This document shows positions 52,116 to 63,876 of a stretch of 64,000 bases of DNA, one piece after another. The number at the start of each line of letters is the position of its first letter. Position 1 is the first letter of the stretch. Made by a program: the position numbers and the translations under genes. Under the pieces are notes generated by a model. The model made no database searches, was not told the origin of the DNA, and saw nothing but the letters and a program-made list of their open reading frames with translations. Source of the stretch: Tubulanus polymorphus (Eukaryota > Animalia > Nemertea); contig NW_027437463.1 in assembly GCF_964204645.1 (NCBI RefSeq), positions 25,944 through 89,943 of the forward strand. The letters are read 5' to 3'.

Positions 52116-52310
52116 TCATATAAATGAATAACATTTAAATTGACAGATTATTCAATATAAAAGTACATATTTACAACATTATTTCAATATTAATATTTGT
52201 ATGAGTTAGATTTTTAAACATTAAAAGTGTTAGTAAAGTGTGATTGAAATAATGCATATATAAATCATTGAACTTCTAAAATCAATTTAAAAGAAAAATT
52301 TAGTATTAAA

Positions 52311-54201
52311 ATGGAAGCAAATAAGTACTACTGCCCAACATGTATTATCAATATAGATAAATCCCAAAAAGCAAGACACAATAAAACTAAAACACATTTA
52401 GAGAATAAATTGAAACTAGAATATAAAGATGATATATTAGAAACTAAATTAGATCAATTAAAGAATGAAAAAGAAACATACAAATGTGATACATGTAATC
52501 AATCATTCAGTGATAAAAGATATTATAATGAACATTTAAAATCTAAAAGTCATATTAGAAATAAGAATAATCATATTTTAGGTGAAGATTATTTTGATAA
52601 AAATAGAAAATCATGGGCAATTAGTAGATTTATATTTAAAATCAGATGTATTATTATTAACCGATATATTCGAAAGGGTTAGAGATGTAAACCTAAAATA
52701 TTTCAATATTGATCCTTGTCATTGTTATTCAAGTCCAGGATTAACATGGGATTGTGGATTAAAATTTACAGATATAAAAATGGATTTCTTAACAAATATA
52801 GATCAATTACTATTATTTGAAAAATCTATAAGAGGAGGAGTTTCAGGTGTATTAGGTGATAGATATTTCAATGTAAATGATAACCCTGGATATAAGTTAT
52901 TATATATGCAAATAATTTGTATGATTGGGCAATGATGGAACCACAACCTTATGGAGTATTTGAATTAACTGAAGTTTTACAGAATGAAAATAATGATAAA
53001 TTTGATTGGAAGAAAAGAATCCTAGATATTGCAGATGATTCAGATACTGGTTACTTCTTTGTTGTAGATTTAGAATATCCTGAACATATTAAATTTAAAT
53101 CTAGAAATCTAGCATGCTGCCCCGAACATAAAACTGTAACTCATGAAGAATTATCAAATTACCAAAAAAGAATTAAACCCGAAAATCATATTCATACAGA
53201 AAAGTTAATGGTAACTCAAGAAGATAGATATAATTATGTAGTGCATTATAGAATGTTAAAGTTTTATCTAAAACAAGGAATGATTCTAAAAAAAGTACAT
53301 AGATATATTTCATTTAGTCAATCTAAGTGGTTAGAAAAATATATAGATTTTAACACCAAACAGAGAACTGAAGCTAAAACTGATTTCGAAAAAGATTTCT
53401 TCAAGTTAATGAATAATGCATTCTATGGTAAGACTTCTGAAAATATTAGAAATAGAAATGATATTGAGTTAGTTAGTAATGGTAAAAGAATTAGACATTT
53501 ACAATCATATCCTAAGTTTTTAGGTAACAGAATATTTGATGAAAATTTAGCTGCAGTTAAGATGAGAAGAACATCAATGAAATTTAATAAACCAATCTAT
53601 GTTGGTGCTTCAGTTTTAGAAATATCAAAATTACTAATGTATGAATTCTATTATAATGTATTACAACCACTTTTTGGAGAAAAACATATAGAAATATTAT
53701 ATTTTGATACAGATTCTTACATATTAAAGATAAAAACTGATAACATAACTGATGATTTAAAAACATTAAAACATCATTTTGATTTCAGTAATTATCCTAA
53801 AAATCATGAATTGTTTAGCAATGATAATAAAAAAGTTCCCGGTAAATTCAAAGATGAATTAGGTGGTGAAGAAATGATTGAATTCATCGGTATTAGATCT
53901 AAAATGTATTCATATAAAACTAAAGAACATGAAGCTAAAAAGTTAAAAGGAATAACCAGAAGTGTAGTAGAAAAGAATATTCATTTCAAAGATTACATCA
54001 ATTGTATATTCAATGAAGAAGTTAGAAAACATAAGATGAGATGTTTAAGATCTGAAGATCATGAAATGTTTATTGAAGAAATTGAACCCATTTGATGATA
54101 AAAGATATATTTTAGATGATGGAATTCATACAGTTGCTTATGGTTGTAATTTAGATGAATACTTAAATTTAAAAGAGAAGAAACAAAAGAGAACGAGATA
54201 A
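52311..54201 (+). pseudogene. pPolB, intein-free allele, with a large internal deletion and frameshifts
   Basis: Zinc fingers, then a jump near 52600 to NHGQLVDLYLKSDV; KLMNNAFYGK, YFDTDSY, KMYSY, KLKGI. Frameshifts near 52908 (damaging the DxNxLY motif) and 54088. Confidence 0.92.
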
Positions 54202-54253
54202 TGAATAGGATTATAACGTGTTAATCAAATTTTAATAAAAATATGTATTATAA

Positions 54254-54607
54254 ATGGAGAGTAAACAAGCGCACAGTGAGAACAACAAATCATTTCTAGA
54301 TAGAATAAAAGATACTTCAAATGTCAAATCAGTAGATTATAAATTCAAAAAGTTAAAAGAATTAACAATTCATAAGAAATATTTAATTACATATATTGAT
54401 ACAGTTACTAATAACTATGGAGATAAATTAGTTATACACTTAGAATATGAAGGATTAAAAGGAAATACACATAAATTCAGAACATATTTACGAGATAGAT
54501 TTCATAGATTATCAAGTGAAGATCTAGAAGATTTATGTTCTGGTGATTTCTATTTCGTATACAAAGGTAAGAATGAAAAAGGGCACCATGAAATAGATTT
54601 CGAATAA
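54254..54607 (+). CDS. 117-aa virus protein, possibly an OB-fold/ssDNA-binding type
   Basis: Intact ORF with TAAATG start; beta-rich pattern FKKLKEL..Y.I....TNNYGDKLVIHL..FRTYL. The function is a guess. Confidence 0.55.
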   Translation: MESKQAHSENNKSFLDRIKDTSNVKSVDYKFKKLKELTIHKKYLITYIDTVTNNYGDKLVIHLEYEGLKGNTHKFRTYLRDRFHRLSSEDLEDLCSGDFYFVYKGKNEKGHHEIDFE

Positions 54608-54624
54608 GAAAATATGTAAAATAA

Positions 54625-55385
54625 ATGGTAGAATTAAAAGAATACAGAATATTTGTTGATTCTAGAAGACTTACAAATTATAAATCTCATAATTTACTAG
54701 TACAATTAGATAGAGAATATAAAAATTGTGTAGATTTAAAATTAGTTAATATAAGTTTATGTAACTCATTTTACAATATATCGGATAAAACTATTGAACA
54801 TAGAGCCTTTTTAATTTTTAATAAAAATAAAAATGAATGGGCCTATATATATTTTTAAAACCGGGGTTATATAATTTAAATACATTGGCACAAGAAATTA
54901 ATAGAAAAGCCTGGCACAAGTCAGGTAATAATTCCAGGTTTAATATTAGATTTTTAAAAAGTGAGAGTTCTAACAAAATAAAGATAAGGTTGGCTGATAT
55001 TGAAAAGCATAAATTTATGGTAAAAAAACCTATAGCTAAACTGTTAGGAATTCCTCCAGATAAATCTTTTACAAATATTGAAGCTACACCAAACTTAATA
55101 CCTTTTACACACTTTTATATCTATTGCAATTTAATCGATCCTACAAAAACATTCGAAGCAACTAAAGATATAACTTGTTATTCTGGTTTATTAAACATTT
55201 TACCATTGAAGAATGTTAAAGAATTTGGAACGCAAATAAATTATAATTTAATAGAATGTGATTTCAAACCATGCATTCCTCGTTTTAATAATTTTAGATT
55301 AGAAATTAGAAATCACAATGGATACTTAATTGATTTAAATAATTTCCCTGTAATTTATGAATTAGTTATAAGATGTAGAGAGTAA
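54625..55385 (+). pseudogene. Minor capsid (penton-like) protein, frameshifted near 54852
   Basis: Two ORF pieces together align end to end with 748-1509. Confidence 0.8.
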
Positions 55386-55402
55386 TTTTTTTCACTATAT
55401 AA

Positions 55403-55745
55403 ATGAATATAACTGTTGGACCGAGTATATGTTTTGGGTTTGATTTTAAACATGGTAAAGAAATAAGAATTAAACTAAATGATGTAAATTGCTGATATAA
55501 AAAGTAAATCATTTAACAATGCATCAATGATTAATAAGGAAATTTATAATATAGAAAAAGTAATTGATTTAATTAAATCACCTTTAGAATATTATGAATT
55601 AAATGAAGATGGAATTATTGGTGATATTAAAAACATATTAACCAAAATATATGATAATCATAAAAGTAGTAATGAAATAAATGTTGAATTAATCGTAAAT
55701 AAGATAACTGAATATTTTGATGATAGTAATTTTTTTGATGAATAA
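55403..55745 (+). pseudogene. Homolog of the 113-aa protein, +1 frameshift near 55488
   Basis: Near-identical to 389-730. Confidence 0.8.
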
Positions 55746-55966
55746 ATGAGTGATAATAAGTGGATAATAACTGGATTATATAATGGCGCCTAACTATCAG
55801 TTGGAACTGTTGGTTATTCAATGGTATTAAAAAAGTATTCAAAATGGGAAGTGTTAATGTTGATAGATTTGATATAAATGATATTTTAAAATTAACATTA
55901 GCAGTTACTTTATCTAATTTAACTATTGATTATTTAGAAAAACAATAATATATTCCTCCCATATAA
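55746..55966 (+). pseudogene. Homolog of the 73-aa hydrophobic protein, stop plus frameshift
   Basis: Aligns with 167-388; TAA at codon 16 and one A missing in the run near 55830. Confidence 0.75.
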
Positions 55967-55990
55967 ATGCATAATTATTTTACTAAATAA

Positions 55991-56401
55991 ATGGCTTCTG
56001 CAGTTATAACTATTATAGGATCGGCAATTGTTAACGCTTTTGGTGGATATTTATTTAAACATATTGATTAAAATGGATCATTAACAGAACAGAAAAGACA
56101 TAACTTAGCATTAGAGAAATATAATAAAGCAGCAGAAGAATATAGAGAAAAACGACAAAACTATATGGAATATATTAACAAGGAATTATATGATCAGAAG
56201 ATTTCACATAGAGATTTTCAATCAGTTGATGATGCAATGAGTTTATATAACGCGGTAACCAATAAAGAAAAATTACATCTATACAAACCTAAATTATCAG
56301 ATTATTATACCCCAAGTAATGAACGGAAGAAATATGAAATAATTTGGATTTTAGGTGGAACTGTTATTGTTATATTTGTTGCTTATAAGTTTACTAATTA
56401 G
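55991..56401 (+). pseudogene. Virus protein with N- and C-terminal hydrophobic segments and a central coiled coil
   Basis: Homolog of 1-141; 12-nt deletion and an in-frame TAA near 56069; ends IIWILGGTVIVIFVAYKFTN. Confidence 0.7.
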
Positions 56402-56421
56402 TAATTTTTTTTGCTAAATAA

Positions 56422-57612
56422 ATGGAAGATAAAGTTGATGATATTGATATTATTCCTCATGATATAAATAAAACTAAATTAAAAAGATATTTAGAAAAAC
56501 AAATATTAGAATTTGAAAGTGACTTAAAGATAAAAAAGAAAAAATATTTAAAAAGTAAAATTATATATTATCTTATTATCAGTGGTTCGGTTACAATTAT
56601 TTCTGTAATAACATTTCTAGCAATATTTAGTCCATTAACACCTTAAAGGCCGAGGAGCAGTAATAGAGCCCGATCAATGTCAAAGATGGCAGTACCCATG
56701 AAGCAATAGTGCAGTGGAGAGCTCCAACGGTTGAAACTGGAAATCTCCTTTTTTCTCTGTCAGTTATCCGATTTGGACCCTCCTTTTTGTCAGACATATG
56801 TATTAATGTGTAATATATTCATTTCTGCAATGTGTTTTAGGCCCTCCTCTACGAGAAATTAAGCTTTTTAGTTGGTATTTCCTTAAAAATTTGAATCTTT
56901 GAATGACATAGAGGGAGGAGTTATTCAGTGAATTAGTGTAGCTCACAGAGCACATTAACACTAATTTGATACCTATAGTCATCAGTATACATAAACAAAA
57001 CATAGCCTCATTCATAGTACCAAAATTTGGCAACATCAAAACTTTTTCTATGGTCAATGGATCAGTCTGAAATTTCGTACACTTGTTTAGCTATCTACCA
57101 TCAATGTTTCAAAAAAATTTGAAATGTCTCTAAAATTTTTAATCTTGGCCCTATCTCTACAGAAAAAGATCGCTAGCATCAGATTTTCATTCCCACTATG
57201 ACTAGATTATTTAAAATTAGTTTCGAACTTGATATGAAAACTTTTATGAATTTGTCAAATTTTACTGTGTGTGACCTGCTTTTCTGTTGTGAGCCAACCT
57301 CGCTCACTCTAAACATTTTAAACAAGATACTGTAAAAGTGGGACGGCCGATCTCAAGTGTTTGCCACCCGGTTAACTAGCATCCATACTCCTCGGCCTTT
57401 AAGCTATATCAATTTGTGTATTAGGATTAAGTTCAAGTGTTTTAACTGGTATAAGTTCAAAATTAAATATAAAAAGTAATAAAGAAAAAATTAAAACTAA
57501 TATAAAAGAAATTAATAAATTAGAAAATACACTAGATTATATAATAAGTTTAAATGGCCATATAACAGTTGAAGAACAAGATAAATTATTAAAAGAATTA
57601 ATAAATTATTAA
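56422..57612 (+). pseudogene. Two-TM coiled-coil virus protein interrupted by a transposon
   Basis: MEDKV...AIFSPLTP* resumes in frame at 57403 as AISICVLGLSSSVLTGISSK...KELINY*. Confidence 0.75.
56647..57398. mobile_element. Non-autonomous DNA transposon with TTAA TSD (Kolobok-like termini)
   Basis: TTAA-AGGCCGAGGAG ... CTCCTCGGCCT-TTAA. Purine-purine 5' termini fit Kolobok better than piggyBac (CCY). Confidence 0.8.
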
Positions 57613-57628
57613 TTTTTTTATTATATAA

Positions 57629-58946
57629 ATGGTAGATAGTTTTCCAAAAGCTTTCCAATATAATAAATCAATTAAATATAATATTCCAGCAATAGATTTT
57701 AATAAAGATATTACATATAGAAATGAAGTTTTAAATTCATTAATTGATTTATATATTTATGTTACTGAAAGTAATAATTTTCATGTAAAGATGGAAAATA
57801 TATTTCATGTGTATACAATTAATTTCAAAAATTTAAATGAGGCAAAACAATGGTTATTAAAATCTAATATGAAGTATTGGCAGAACCAATTAAATTTTGC
57901 TGTTTATTGCGCAACAACAGGTTGTGGAATTAGTTGGAATGATCATTTAAACAAACCAAGTTTACCATTGATGTTATCACTTTTTAGATTTCATACATAT
58001 TTTCAAATAAAATTAATATTAGATGAATTAGAATGTCCTTTACCAGGTTCAAAATATTTTAAAGAATTGAATAATAATATTAATTTTTCTAAGTTTTATA
58101 AAATATGTAATGAATTTAATATTAATTCAAATAAAGATTTTAGAGCAAAAATTGGAACAATGGGTGGATTAGGAATATTGTATACTAAAGAATTTGGAAA
58201 AATAATGACAAATTCAGATATAAGAACTATGAATGAATTACCAAAATATTATAATAATATACAACAACAAAACAATAATGGTTGGGTTAATTTCATTTTA
58301 GAAAATAGTGAAGGTTTTACTAAAGCCGGATTACAAAGAATAAATCAATCTATTAGAACTTATTTGATATGTATTTTAGGTGCGCAAGTTGAAACAAGAT
58401 CCCCAATAATTGGAAATGATAACACATCATTCGATGCGCAGAAACAATTCAAAGTATTATTTGAAGATTCAATTCATAATGATAAAAATAGATCGATTCC
58501 AGAAAACATTGTAAGATATCAAAATTATTTAGATAAATCACATATTAGATTAAATTATTGTATAGGCCCTAATCTATTAATTATTTCTAATGATTTAGTA
58601 TTAAAGATGGGAAACATAATTGGTTATAATAATCTAATTAAAACTGCAACAATAAATAATTCATTTGGGTTAAATGATATAAATAAAAAGATTATTACTG
58701 CTCCAAAATTAATGGAAGGTGAAAAAAATAAAAAACATATTCAATCAACAGAAACTAAAACTAATAATATTAAATAAAATAAAAGATTACAATACTACAG
58801 AAAATATAGAAACTGATATTATTCAACATGATATAATTAAACTAAATGATGATAATAAATCCTATGAAAATGCTAAATTAGCTTTAACTTGTATAGGAAT
58901 TGTTATAGGAATATTATATTTTATATTTTTTTATTTTATTATATAA
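57629..58946 (+). CDS. Conserved Polinton-like virus protein of unknown function (frameshift near the C-terminus, terminal TM segment)
   Basis: 382-aa ORF with WQNQLNFAVYCATTGCGIS and FRFHTYFQ motifs; the overlapping frame continues to LTCIGIVIGILYFIFFYFII. Confidence 0.65.
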
Positions 58947-58956
58947 ATGGCTATAA

Positions 58957-61257
58957 ATGGCAGAAGATTTTCCATTGGGTTCTTTAGATGAACCCGGTAT
59001 AAGTGATGAACAACAACCTGATTTTGATGAAGCAAGTTTTAATGATGATAATAAAACAGCATATAACAATAATTGAAATAATGATGAAGATGATGATTTT
59101 GATGATGATGATTATGATGGAATTAATTCCGAATTACGTGAAAAATTAATTAAATATTTAAAAGTCCCTGAAAGTGGTAGAATTTCAACTAGAACAGAAA
59201 GAAAAGAATTTATGAAACTATTAGAAAAACAACAAGAAAAATGTCCTGATAAACCTATGGAATTATATAGAATGAAATCTAGAGTAACAGATACAATTGT
59301 TAACGAATTATTACCAAAAGTTGTAATAGATGAAATTGATTCAGAAGGTGTTGTAGAATTTTAAAAGATGACCCATTTTTCATGAATAATTTTGGAATTT
59401 AAAAATGATTCATGGTATCTTAATCTTGAATTAAATAGGAATATTGTAACAATTCAATTATCTAGAATGGGTCAAGAAAATATTTTTGAACCTGGAATGC
59501 GAGCATTATCTACAATTGAAGGTTCAAAAGGTGGTAGAGAATTTCTCAGAATTATATGGAATTCACTCGATAGAATAAATAAAGAAGAACCAATTCCTAA
59601 TATTGATATAAACAAATATTCACCATTTAAAAATCCAAATCCAAATCCTACTTTTGTTGATCCAGAAACTGATGAAGATTTTGCAAATCGATTAGATAAA
59701 TTAAGAAATTCCGAATTACGTGAAAAATTAATTAAATATTTAAAAGCTCCTGAAAGTGGTAGAATTTCAACTAGAACAGAAAGAAAAGAATTTATGAAAC
59801 TATTAGAAAAACAACAAGAAAAATATCCTGATAAACCTATGGAATTATATAGAATGAAATCTAGAGTAACAGATACAATTGTTAACGAATTATTACCAAA
59901 AGTTGTAATAGATGAAATTGATTCAGAAGGTGTTGTAGAATTTTAGAAGATGACCCATTTTTCATGAATAATTTAGAATTTAAAAATGATTCATGGTATT
60001 ATAATCTTGAATTAAATAGGAATATTGTAACAATTCAATTATCTAGAATGGGTCAAGAAAATATTTTTGAACCTGGAATGCGAGCATTATCTACAATTGA
60101 AGGTTCAAAAGGTGGTAGAGAATTTCTCAGAATTATATGGAATGCACTCGATAGAATAAATAAAGAAGAACCAATTCCTAATATTGATATAAACAAATAT
60201 TCACCATTTAAAAATCCAAATCCAAATCCTACTTTTGTTGATCCAGAAACTGATGAAGATTTTGCAAATCGATTAGATAAATTAAGAAATTCAACACCAG
60301 AAACATCGAGAAGAGACAATCAACAAATTGATAATGATTCAAGTCAATTACAATTAACATTAGAAAAACAAATTGATAGTTAAAGAGATTCAGAAGTACT
60401 GATGAATAGTATATCAGATACACCCGATACTGAAACTGGAATAAATCGAATACAATCTTTACTAGAAAAAGGATTACTTGATTTAACTGATGATGAATTA
60501 GAGGCATATCCTGAACAAACACGTAGAGAAATTAAAGGTGTACAAATATCAGCTGGTGAAATTGCTAATATTAAGATGAGATTTTCTAAAATAACCATGT
60601 TAGAAAAAGAATTAGCTAATGCAAATGAAGAATTAAAACAATTAGAATTAAATAAAAAATCTTCAAGTAATAGAGGAAGCTGATTATGAAAGCAGAAAGT
60701 TAGCTTTAGAAAAAGAAATAGATGATTTAAAATATAACAAAGAATTACAGGAAAAAGAAAGAGATACATTATTAAAATCATATGATCTTAATCATATTAA
60801 AAAATTAAAAGTTATTTTTAAAGATTTGTTCATAAAACCAGATTCTAAAATATCATTGAAAGATAGAATAAAATTATTATTTAAGTTAGAAGGTATAACA
60901 ATTCTTTCAATTCTAACAGCTGTAACTATGTTATTTACAACAATTGGTTTAGCTATATCAAAGTCACTGAAATCTACTCCTACTCCAAATAAACCAGATA
61001 AACCCCCAGAAAATAATAATTCTATACAAGATAAAGTTAAGGATGGTTTAAAGAAATTAGCAAAATATTTATGGGAACTATCTAAAAAATCTGCTGCAGC
61101 ATTGGCCGGAGTTATTGCATCAATTGTTGGTTTTATATTGAAATCTGCAGGAAACATTATTAACTTTGCTGCTGAACATATTATTTTATTTTTAATTACA
61201 GTTGTAAGTGCTATTATTTTTGGATTAGTGAATATGATATCAAAAAATATCAAGTAA
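58957..61257 (+). pseudogene. Large acidic/coiled-coil protein with C-terminal hydrophobic and amphipathic helices, fragmented
   Basis: Starts MAEDFPLG after TAAATG; successive ORF fragments with no internal T-run/TAAATG starts; ends ...AAALAGVIASIVGFILKSAGNIINFAAEHIILFLITVVSAIIFG. Confidence 0.6.
59125..60287 (+). repeat. 582-bp tandem duplication
   Basis: 59125-59706 is repeated at 59707-60287; AATTC microhomology at all three junction points. Confidence 0.92.
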
Positions 61258-61313
61258 ACATGATAAAAAATAAACATGATAAAAAATAAATAATTAATTT
61301 TTTTGTTAAATAA

Positions 61314-62559
61314 ATGAGTGGGAGTTATATATCAATCCTTCTAAGAATCATAAAATATCTAATGCTATTAAAGCAGAAAGATCACATCATATAATTACTC
61401 ATAACCCTTCTAATATTAATCCCGATGAAACTTTATATGTTAGAATTCCTCGATTAACACAAAATACTTTTTACGTTCCAAATAGTATTTATTTATCGGC
61501 CGATATAAAAGTAATCGGTAATAATAATAATTATGTTGTTGATAATGTTGGAAGGTATTTGATTAAAAAGTTAACAATAAAGATTGGTCCAGAAACAGTT
61601 TTCTCATTAGATGATTATAATTTATTTATGCATTATAAAGATTTATGGTTAACTAAAGAAAACAGAAATAATATGATATTTCAAGGCATCCAATCAGAAA
61701 ACCAAAATAAATTAAGATCAGAAGCACATAATGCAATATTAACTTATGCTATAGATAAATTGATAAAAAGTATATATGGAAGCAAATATAAAATTCCATT
61801 AGACTTTGAATTGATAAATAACAATGCACCTTTATATAGATACGCAATTCAAGAAGATGTTATATTCGAAATAATGCTCCTGTTAATGAAATTGTAATAT
61901 CTAGCGTTAATAAAGATATGAGTTATAAATTATCGAATATATGTTTAGAATATGATACAGTAACTGATGAAAATATTTCAAGTATAATTCAAACTAAATA
62001 CAATCAAGGATTTTCATTATTATATGATTATATTGATAAATTTAAAACTATAACTATTAATGCAAATGATGAAATTATTAATGAGAATAGTAACTTCCCA
62101 AGAAGATCTATTAAAGGTATATTAATATTTTTTACCATTGCAACATATACTAGTGGTGCAATAAATGTTGATAATTATTATAATCCTGAAATAACAAAAG
62201 TAGAAATAACTATCAAAGGAATAGCAAATAAAATATTTTGTCAAGGAATGAGAATGATTGATCAGTGGCCAGAAATTAGAAAACATTTTATGAATGAAAA
62301 AGTGAAATCATCTGAAAATTGTAATATTAATCAAATTGATTATTATACCGGTAATAAATATGCATTATGGTTAGATTTTAGAACAACAGAGGATAATTCA
62401 TTACATGGTTCTGGAAAAAAACTACAGAACACTAAAGATGGAATACAATTATTCATGACAAAGAATAAAGGAATCAAAAATTTTAAAATGCACATTTATA
62501 TTATATCTGACGCGCAATTAAATATTGTAAATTCTCAATTGAATAGTGTTATGTATTAA
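61314..62559 (+). pseudogene. Putative major capsid protein (double jelly-roll), two frameshifts
   Basis: Reconstructs to ~415 aa: HHIITHNPSNINPDETLYVRIPRL, NVGRYLIKKLTIKI, YKIPLDFEL, YKLSNICLEYDTV, RSIKGILIFF, YNPEITKVEITI, ALWLDFRT..DNSLHGSG, YIISDAQLNI. Size and beta-rich pattern fit invertebrate Polinton-like virus MCPs. Frameshifts near 61328 and 61875. Confidence 0.72.
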
Positions 62560-62591
62560 AATTTTAACTTTAATAAAAATTTATATAATAA

Positions 62592-63776
62592 ATGGAAAGA
62601 GGTAAAGTATATAAATATTCCATACATCGATACACATGAAAATAATGATGGTTTATATTATGTAATACCTTGTAATATAGCTTTGATATTTGATCCTATT
62701 TTCAAAATTTATAAAACTAAACTAATAGAAATCGATAATAATAAAAGTGGTGTTGTTGATAATTTAAGTAATGTAATTGATAATAATGTAATACCTTCTA
62801 CATCTAATAATGCAATACCTTCTACATCTAATAATGTAATACCTTCTACATCTAATAATGTAATACCTTCTACATCTAATAATGATAAGATTGAACCTGA
62901 TATCAAAACCAAAAAGACAAATGAAAAATATTGTGATGTATGTAAGAAATATATATATCATATAAAAATTGGGCATCACATAAGAAATCAAATAAACATA
63001 TAGAAAAAGAAAAGAATAATAATGATAATAATATATCTGATAATAATATAATAGATAATATCATAGATAATGTTAATACAATTGAAACAAATGATACCAT
63101 AGATAATATAACAGATAATGTTGATACAATTGAAACTAATGATAATGAAACAATTGATGATTCTAAAAAACATTGTAACATTTGTGATTTAGATATTTCT
63201 CAAAGTAATTTTTCTAAACATAAAAAATCTCAAGCGCATTTCGAAAATGAAAGGAAGTTAGAAGAACATGAAAAGAAATTAGAAGAAATAGAAAGAAATA
63301 AAACGTGTCAATATTGTAATAAAAAAATTGAACCTGTTGATGAAAATACTCATTATAAATCAAAGTTACATCTAATTAATGTTTATAAAATGGTGAGTAT
63401 GATACCATTGTTAAATAACCCAAATAAATATATCAAATATTTTAATCCTAAAACTAACCAATATTATATATTCTATAAGTTGTTATTTGATAAATTATTA
63501 GCTTATGCAGAAGATAATCCTCAACAAATATATAAATTATTATATTTCAGAAAAATAGATTTAAGTTATCTAATAAAACATTTTGGATATCAACTTGATT
63601 TTGATAATGATGATTTTGATGAATACTTAGAAAAATTAAGAGAAAAAGCTAATATACCTACTAATTATCATTCAAAGATGACTCGACTAAAATTAATAAA
63701 TCTACCTAAGACTTTTGGTGAATTAGATATAAACAGAGATGATTTTATAAATATATTAGAAACAAAATTAGAATAA
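62592..63776 (+). pseudogene. Multi-zinc-finger low-complexity virus protein, frameshifted
   Basis: TAAATG start; 24-bp repeat encoding (NNVIPSTS)x4; CDVC, CNIC and CQYC fingers with H-x5-H endings. Confidence 0.55.
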
Positions 63777-63800
63777 TTATTATAAAACTAATTTATATAA

Positions 63801-63876
63801 CTATATACTAGACGTACGAGTAAGAATCCAAGAATCCAAGAAATCTTACTTTCTTACTCGTACGTCTAGTATATAG
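63801..63876. repeat. Perfect 26-bp-stem hairpin/palindrome
   Basis: CTATATACTAGACGTACGAGTAAGAA (63801-63826) pairs with 63851-63876 around a 24-nt loop; imperfect pairing extends to ~63781-63898. Confidence 0.9.

Noticed and set aside
54175-54203. Short similarity between the copy B pPolB 3' end and VLTF3 gene positions ~2729-2756
   Set aside because: Purine-rich low-complexity match in the wrong relative orientation; likely chance.
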